Assembly: GCA_964513645.1 (NCBI GenBank)
Contig: CAZENF010000004.1
Span: 1 to 58,406, forward strand
DNA: 58,406 nt
Direction: 5' to 3'
Origin: an uncultured Candidatus Saccharibacteria bacterium
GTDB lineage: Bacteria > Patescibacteriota > Minisyncoccia > 2-02-FULL-40-12 > GWA2-44-9
Both the position numbers and the translations under genes were made by a program. This document shows positions 54,240-58,406 of the stretch, in pieces. The notes under the pieces were generated by a model, which was given only the letters and a program-made list of their open reading frames with translations, did not search any database and was not told where the DNA came from. Positions within the stretch are counted from its first letter, which is position 1. Every line of letters starts with the position of its first letter.

Positions 54240-54709
54240 TTAATTAATTCGTATAAAGCAATGCCGGTTGCTACTGAAACGTTTAAGGATTCCTTCTTAC
54301 CATACATCGGTATAAAAATTTTACTATCACAATATTTTAAAATTTTAGGACTTATACCCTTAACTTCGTTCCCTACCACAAGTGCCATAGAAAAATCTGG
54401 TTTGAATTTAAAAATATCTTTAGCGTCTTTGACTTGTTCCAATCCGATAATCTTAATTTTTGTCTGCCGACTGATGGATTGATTTTTAATTTGAATCAAA
54501 CATTTCCATGTTTGTTTATAATACTCCCACACAACATAATTTTCAGCTCCGAGGGAAGTTTTGGCGATTTTGGAGTGAGGAGGAATCGGAGTAATGCCGC
54601 ACAAATAAATTTTCGATACCCCGGCCGAATCAGCGGTACGGAAAATAGAGCCGACATTTTCACGACTGCGGATATTATCCAGGACCAAATATATTTTCCT
54701 ATTTTTCAT
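54236..54709 (-). CDS. SpoU/TrmH family RNA 2'-O-methyltransferase
   Basis: LVLDNIRSRENVGSIFRTADSAG...LNVSVATGIALYE. Confidence 0.85.
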   Translation of the reverse strand: MKNRKIYLVLDNIRSRENVGSIFRTADSAGVSKIYLCGITPIPPHSKIAKTSLGAENYVVWEYYKQTWKCLIQIKNQSISRQTKIKIIGLEQVKDAKDIFKFKPDFSMALVVGNEVKGISPKILKYCDSKIFIPMYGKKESLNVSVATGIALYELIK

Positions 54710-54832
54710 TAACTAAATCTATCTTGAACCTGAATATTTATCAAATTTAGAGATTAGGGCCACCGGCTTGATTTTTGTCTAAATATTAGGTAATATATTT
54801 GACAATAAGTCCAGTGGAGAAGATCTTTCAAA

Positions 54833-55687
54833 ATGAGGCCGAAACTCCTGCTATTGAGCTTTTTGGCGCTATTCGTGTCTGTGATGCCGGCAATAGCCCA
54901 ACATGAAATTCCTTTACCAAACGAGGGTTCAGAAAGAAAATTTGAGTTCGGTTTTTCGGAAAACCTGATTGGTTCAAGTTTCAAAGCTCCGGAGAATGTT
55001 ACACCGTCCGGCCACCCTACGCTTTACACAGGTTTTTCGTTAAGAAAAATTCCGGGAGATATTAAACTTAATTTTGAATCCAGTTATGCCGATTACAGGA
55101 ATATGCTCATCTCTTCAAGTGGTCATTATCAGTTATTCAAAAAAGGTATGACGTCTACCCGGCTCGGATTTAATTACTTTTATTCCGGAAACAGAGAAAA
55201 GCTTTTCTCTCAATCCTCTCCCCCGATTGAGGCCTGGGGTTACAATCACAGGCACAGTTTGCTGTTTGAAACTTCAGAAAAAATATCTTTCAATTTCATC
55301 AATTTCGGATTTTCATTTCTGACAGGAGAAACTTTGTTAATAGAAAAAGAGAAACTTTACAGTAACGGCCGTCAGCTAAATATCGAATTCGATGATGTTT
55401 ATACTACCCAAGTTTTTCCCAATGAAATGCGACCCCTTGTCGGACTTGGAAGTTCTGTTGACCTGAAGTTTAGGAACATTAAAGCATCCGCCCAGTACCA
55501 AAGAATGACCGTTATTCGTAATTCTACCCGACTGATGCCTGACAATCCTTATCTTCTGGAAGCAGAGACGGAATATTTTCCGTCAAAACACTACGGTTTT
55601 GGAGTGAAATACACAAATAGTAATGCTTACAAGGGTGCGCCGGTTCATCCCGAAGGATTGGCTGTTAAATTTTTATTCAGGTTTTAA
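54833..55687 (+). CDS. Secreted beta-rich protein ending in an OMP-like C-terminal Phe
   Basis: Signal peptide MRPKLLLLSFLALFVSVMPAIAQ, alternating hydrophobic pattern, and a C-terminal GLAVKFLFRF. Confidence 0.55.
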   Translation: MRPKLLLLSFLALFVSVMPAIAQHEIPLPNEGSERKFEFGFSENLIGSSFKAPENVTPSGHPTLYTGFSLRKIPGDIKLNFESSYADYRNMLISSSGHYQLFKKGMTSTRLGFNYFYSGNREKLFSQSSPPIEAWGYNHRHSLLFETSEKISFNFINFGFSFLTGETLLIEKEKLYSNGRQLNIEFDDVYTTQVFPNEMRPLVGLGSSVDLKFRNIKASAQYQRMTVIRNSTRLMPDNPYLLEAETEYFPSKHYGFGVKYTNSNAYKGAPVHPEGLAVKFLFRF

Positions 55688-55691
55688 AATT

Positions 55692-55716
55692 AAAACCCCG
55701 CATGTGCGGGGTTTTT
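55692..55716. terminator. Bidirectional terminator
   Basis: AAAACCCCGCATGTGCGGGGTTTTT. This is nearly identical to the terminator at 39827-39850. Confidence 0.75.
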
Positions 55717-55719
55717 AGT

Positions 55720-56793
55720 TCATTCGATGGCTAAAATGGTGTTGACCAAACCCATCATCGTCGAAGAACTTGTTTCAGGCAAGTTATTGGGATAAAGACG
55801 CTGATTAAAATCACCTTTGTAATCAAGCCAGCTTTGAACCAGAATGAACTCCTGATTCCGGAGACCGAGGATATTTTGGACCCGCTGGGCCTCGATCAAC
55901 GCTCCGTTAACAGCCGACTGGCTTGAATCGCCATGTCCGCCGATCAGAATAACTCCGAAAGGTATGCCGTGGTTACGGCAAAAATTTCTCAATTCCCGGA
56001 TATCTCCACTAAAATCGATGTTTGTGTATCCGGGGTCAAAATCAAGATGGAAAAACGGCAAATGGACACCCTTGGACTCGAGAGTATCTATTGAATTCTC
56101 TATCAGACCAGCGCTTAGGTAAGGATAGGGTTCGATCAATCCGACCTGTACCGCCGGATCATATGCATGAACCTGGTCAATGTAATATTTTACAAATTCA
56201 GCCGCCATGTCCATCGTGTAATCACAATGTTTGCTCGTATCGAATCCCTGTTGATTGGGTAAACCGGAAGCAAAGGGCTCATCCATTCCGATAAAACTCA
56301 ATTCCCCACCGGATGACCTGACACTACTGATAGCGCCGAGTGCCGCCGAAACCGCATCATCGGGTGGCCGGCCGCAATTAAAAGACTTGACCGCTCCCGC
56401 CTCCATTCCTATCCTGATTCCCTTGTTGTTCAACCAGCGGAACGCCCCCTCGGGAACAATTTGGTTAAAATTACCCAAAGTATTCAGTCCGCAAATAGTA
56501 CATTGCCCTGGCCGAAGCATATAATCGTAGAACTTGAACGCTGTGATCTTAGAACGGGCCTGTGACCATTGGTCAGGCTTGGTGAAGAGATCAAGAAAAT
56601 CTCCGGAAGTCACATTGGGAGTAACCCAGACCTCCTGATTTGATCTACCCGGACCCAATCCGCTCGGTGAGGTCGTAGAAGCGACGGATTTAACGAAATT
56701 GCACCCGCAAAACATAAACAGAACAATACATGCAATTAAGCCAAAAAGGACTGTCTTAAGCATCTTTACCCTTTCAAAGAACATTTGTTTCAC
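55720..56793 (-). CDS. Hypothetical lipoprotein/secreted protein, possibly a TIM-barrel hydrolase
   Basis: Signal sequence plus Cys (LFMFCGCNF). The GMDEPF and GLIEPYPY motifs hint at a glycoside-hydrolase-like pair of acidic residues; this is weak. Confidence 0.45.
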   Translation of the reverse strand: MKQMFFERVKMLKTVLFGLIACIVLFMFCGCNFVKSVASTTSPSGLGPGRSNQEVWVTPNVTSGDFLDLFTKPDQWSQARSKITAFKFYDYMLRPGQCTICGLNTLGNFNQIVPEGAFRWLNNKGIRIGMEAGAVKSFNCGRPPDDAVSAALGAISSVRSSGGELSFIGMDEPFASGLPNQQGFDTSKHCDYTMDMAAEFVKYYIDQVHAYDPAVQVGLIEPYPYLSAGLIENSIDTLESKGVHLPFFHLDFDPGYTNIDFSGDIRELRNFCRNHGIPFGVILIGGHGDSSQSAVNGALIEAQRVQNILGLRNQEFILVQSWLDYKGDFNQRLYPNNLPETSSSTMMGLVNTILAIE

Positions 56794-56817
56794 ATAATAT
56801 AATATATTTTTACAAAT

Positions 56818-57660
56818 TTGTCAATTTTAGAAAAACTTAAGAAGTATTATAATAAGATCTATATGAACAACAATTATAAATATCTTGTCTGGTCGGCGAA
56901 TGCGGTCTTAGTGGCATTGTTTATTTACATCATTGCCATTACTAATCAGACCTTAAATACCGCGACAACAACCAACACCATTTCTTTCAACGGTGAAGGT
57001 AAGGTCAGCGCCATTCCGAATATCGCAGAGGTCGGCTTTTCAATAGTTACCGAGGCAGCCACCTCCAAAGCCGCGCAGGATTCTAACTCGGCTAAATCCC
57101 AGAAGATAGTTAACTTTCTCAAACAACAAAGCGTGTCCGACAAAGATGTTAAGACTTCCGGCTATAATGTTTACCCTCAATACAGCAACACATATAAGCC
57201 CTGTCCCGTTATTGAAAATAGCGGCGTCCAGACCATGATGGCGCCTGCTTATCCGTGCGACACCGGTACTCAAAAAATAACCGGTTATCAGGTTACGCAG
57301 TCGTTTGATATTAAGGTCCGCGACCTGAATAATGTCGGAAGTATTCTCGATGGCTTGGTTGCCCAAGGCGCAAACCAAGTTAATAATCTCGGTTTTCAAA
57401 TCGAGAACCAGGAGCAATTAAAAGACCGGGCCAGACAAATGGCAATTCAAGATGCTGATCAAAAAGCTAAAACCCTTCAGAGTCAATTAAATATCCGCTT
57501 GGGCAAGGTTATTAATTTTTCAGAATCCGGCAACGGTTATCCCTATCCTTACATGCTTGAAGCTAAGACTATGGGGAGCAGAGATTCAACCGCACCTTCT
57601 GTTCCGACCGGAGAGAACGAGATAACAGTAGACGTAACGGTAACATACCAAATCAGATAA
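56818..57660 (+). CDS. SIMPL/DUF541 family protein
   Basis: ITGYQVTQSFDIKVRDLNNVGSILDGLV...ARQMAIQDADQKAKTLQ. TTG start, or ATG at 56863. Confidence 0.75.
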   Translation: MSILEKLKKYYNKIYMNNNYKYLVWSANAVLVALFIYIIAITNQTLNTATTTNTISFNGEGKVSAIPNIAEVGFSIVTEAATSKAAQDSNSAKSQKIVNFLKQQSVSDKDVKTSGYNVYPQYSNTYKPCPVIENSGVQTMMAPAYPCDTGTQKITGYQVTQSFDIKVRDLNNVGSILDGLVAQGANQVNNLGFQIENQEQLKDRARQMAIQDADQKAKTLQSQLNIRLGKVINFSESGNGYPYPYMLEAKTMGSRDSTAPSVPTGENEITVDVTVTYQIR

Positions 57661-57715
57661 GAAGTAGCGTCTAAACAAAAGGCGCTATTATAGCGCCCGG
57701 ACACTTCCCAAACTT

Positions 57716-57738
57716 AAAATCCCGCTTAGCGGGATTTT
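57716..57738. terminator. Bidirectional terminator between the SIMPL gene and the 16S 3' end
   Basis: AAAATCCCGCTTAGCGGGATTTT. A second hairpin, GGCGCTATTATAGCGCC, lies at 57681-57697. Confidence 0.7.
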
Positions 57739-57974
57739 AAGTTTCTCAACTTTATATAGCTTCCCAGTATTGCCTTTTGACAGAAATTTTTATTCGAGCT
57801 GTCATAGAATTCCGATTTAGCCTTCGGATCAGGCATCAGAATTAATTCCGATATCGACTTCATTTTTTTGAAAGTGTTTAGAGTATAGACGTGAAAAAGT
57901 AGAAAATACTTCTTCCCGTTTTTCGCCTCCACACTTTAAATCCTTTCGTGCATCCAAGAAAAATCTTGAATAGA

Positions 57975-58406
57975 AAGGAGGTGATCCAAGAGCAGCTTCC
58001 GCTACCCTTGCCTTGTTACGACTTAGTTCCTGTCATCGAGCTTACCGTGTCCCTACATATAAAATAGGTCTTCAGGTATTCCCGACTCCCTTAACTTGAC
58101 GGGCAGTGAGTCCAAAATTCGAGAACGTATTCACCGCTGCGTTCTGATCAGCGATTACTAGCAATTCCGGCTTCAAGAAGGCAAGTTGCAGCCTTCTATC
58201 CGAACTGAGGGTGCTTTTGATGGGATTAGCTCCACCTCGCGGTTTGGCAACCCATTGTGACACCCATTGTATCATGTGTGTAGCCCAGGACATCAAAGGG
58301 CCACGCTGACTTGACGTCATCCCCACCTTCCTCCTTCTTACGAAGGCAGTCTCGTCTGACACGTATAACAGACGATAGGGGTTGCGCTCGTTAATCCACT
58401 TAAGGA
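57975..58406 (-). rRNA. rrs: 16S rRNA, 3' ~430 nt; the 5' part runs off the window end
   Basis: The rc ends ...AAGTCGTAACAAGGCAAGGGTAGCGGAAGCTGCTCTTGGATCACCTCCTTT. Also present are CGGTGAATACGTTC and the GGGGATGACGTCAAGTCAGC block. Confidence 0.95.

Noticed and set aside
57726-57932. 68-aa GTG-start ORF immediately downstream of the 16S 3' end.
   Set aside because: It has no SD, sits in the 16S trailer and ends at the terminator hairpin. It is more likely non-coding trailer, though a small protein cannot be excluded.
58072-58362. 96-aa ORF on the minus strand.
   Set aside because: It is entirely within the 16S rRNA gene.

Overview
AT-rich bacterial window, almost entirely transcribed on the minus strand. 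The gene content fits a small-genome Patescibacteria/CPR-like organism. This placement is inference, based on four things: no L30 gene between rpsE and rplO, 16S and 23S unlinked, a diverged 16S 'universal' block, and a minimal sugar/nucleotide gene set. The standard code is in use, since TGA, TAA and TAG all terminate recognisable genes.

Layout by plus-strand coordinate:
- 1-2899: partial 23S rRNA (minus strand).
- 3.4-21.6 kb: a long ribosomal block, rpsL-rpsG-fusA / two inserted small genes / tuf-rpsJ-rplCDWB-rpsS-rplV-rpsC-rplP-rpmC-rpsQ-rplNXE-rpsNH-rplFR-rpsE-rplO-secY-adk-map.
- Then an M50 protease, rpmB, tRNA-Pro, ndk, split comEC parts, class II RNR, ftsZ/ftsA, ybeY, rpsU, HIT, hisS, lepB, pth, H+-PPase, rmuC, a tRNA-Ala locus, tandem iscA genes, tRNA-Ile, an acyl-CoA dehydrogenase, a UDG-like gene, gap plus a split transketolase, rnhB, a SpoU methylase and several envelope proteins.
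- 57975-58406: the 3' end of 16S rRNA (minus strand).

The unusual content is non-coding:
1. A family of 76-119 nt elements bounded by 14-nt terminal inverted repeats (ATCCCGTACGAAGT / ACTTCGTACGGGAT). There are four copies plus diverged relatives. Three copies end exactly on a start codon, and two copies show compensatory changes in their internal hairpins.
2. A tRNA-Ala(UGC) gene nested inside the anticodon loop of a second, diverged tRNA-Ala-like sequence that also carries a 36-nt hairpin in its D-loop.
3. GC-rich, highly structured 100-250 nt spacers inside normally compact r-protein operons.
4. Long hairpin leaders upstream of 23S, rpmB, rpsU and gap.

No CRISPR array, transposase, integrase or recognisable defence gene was seen. 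All calls come from reading the sequence and the ORF track. No database search was run.
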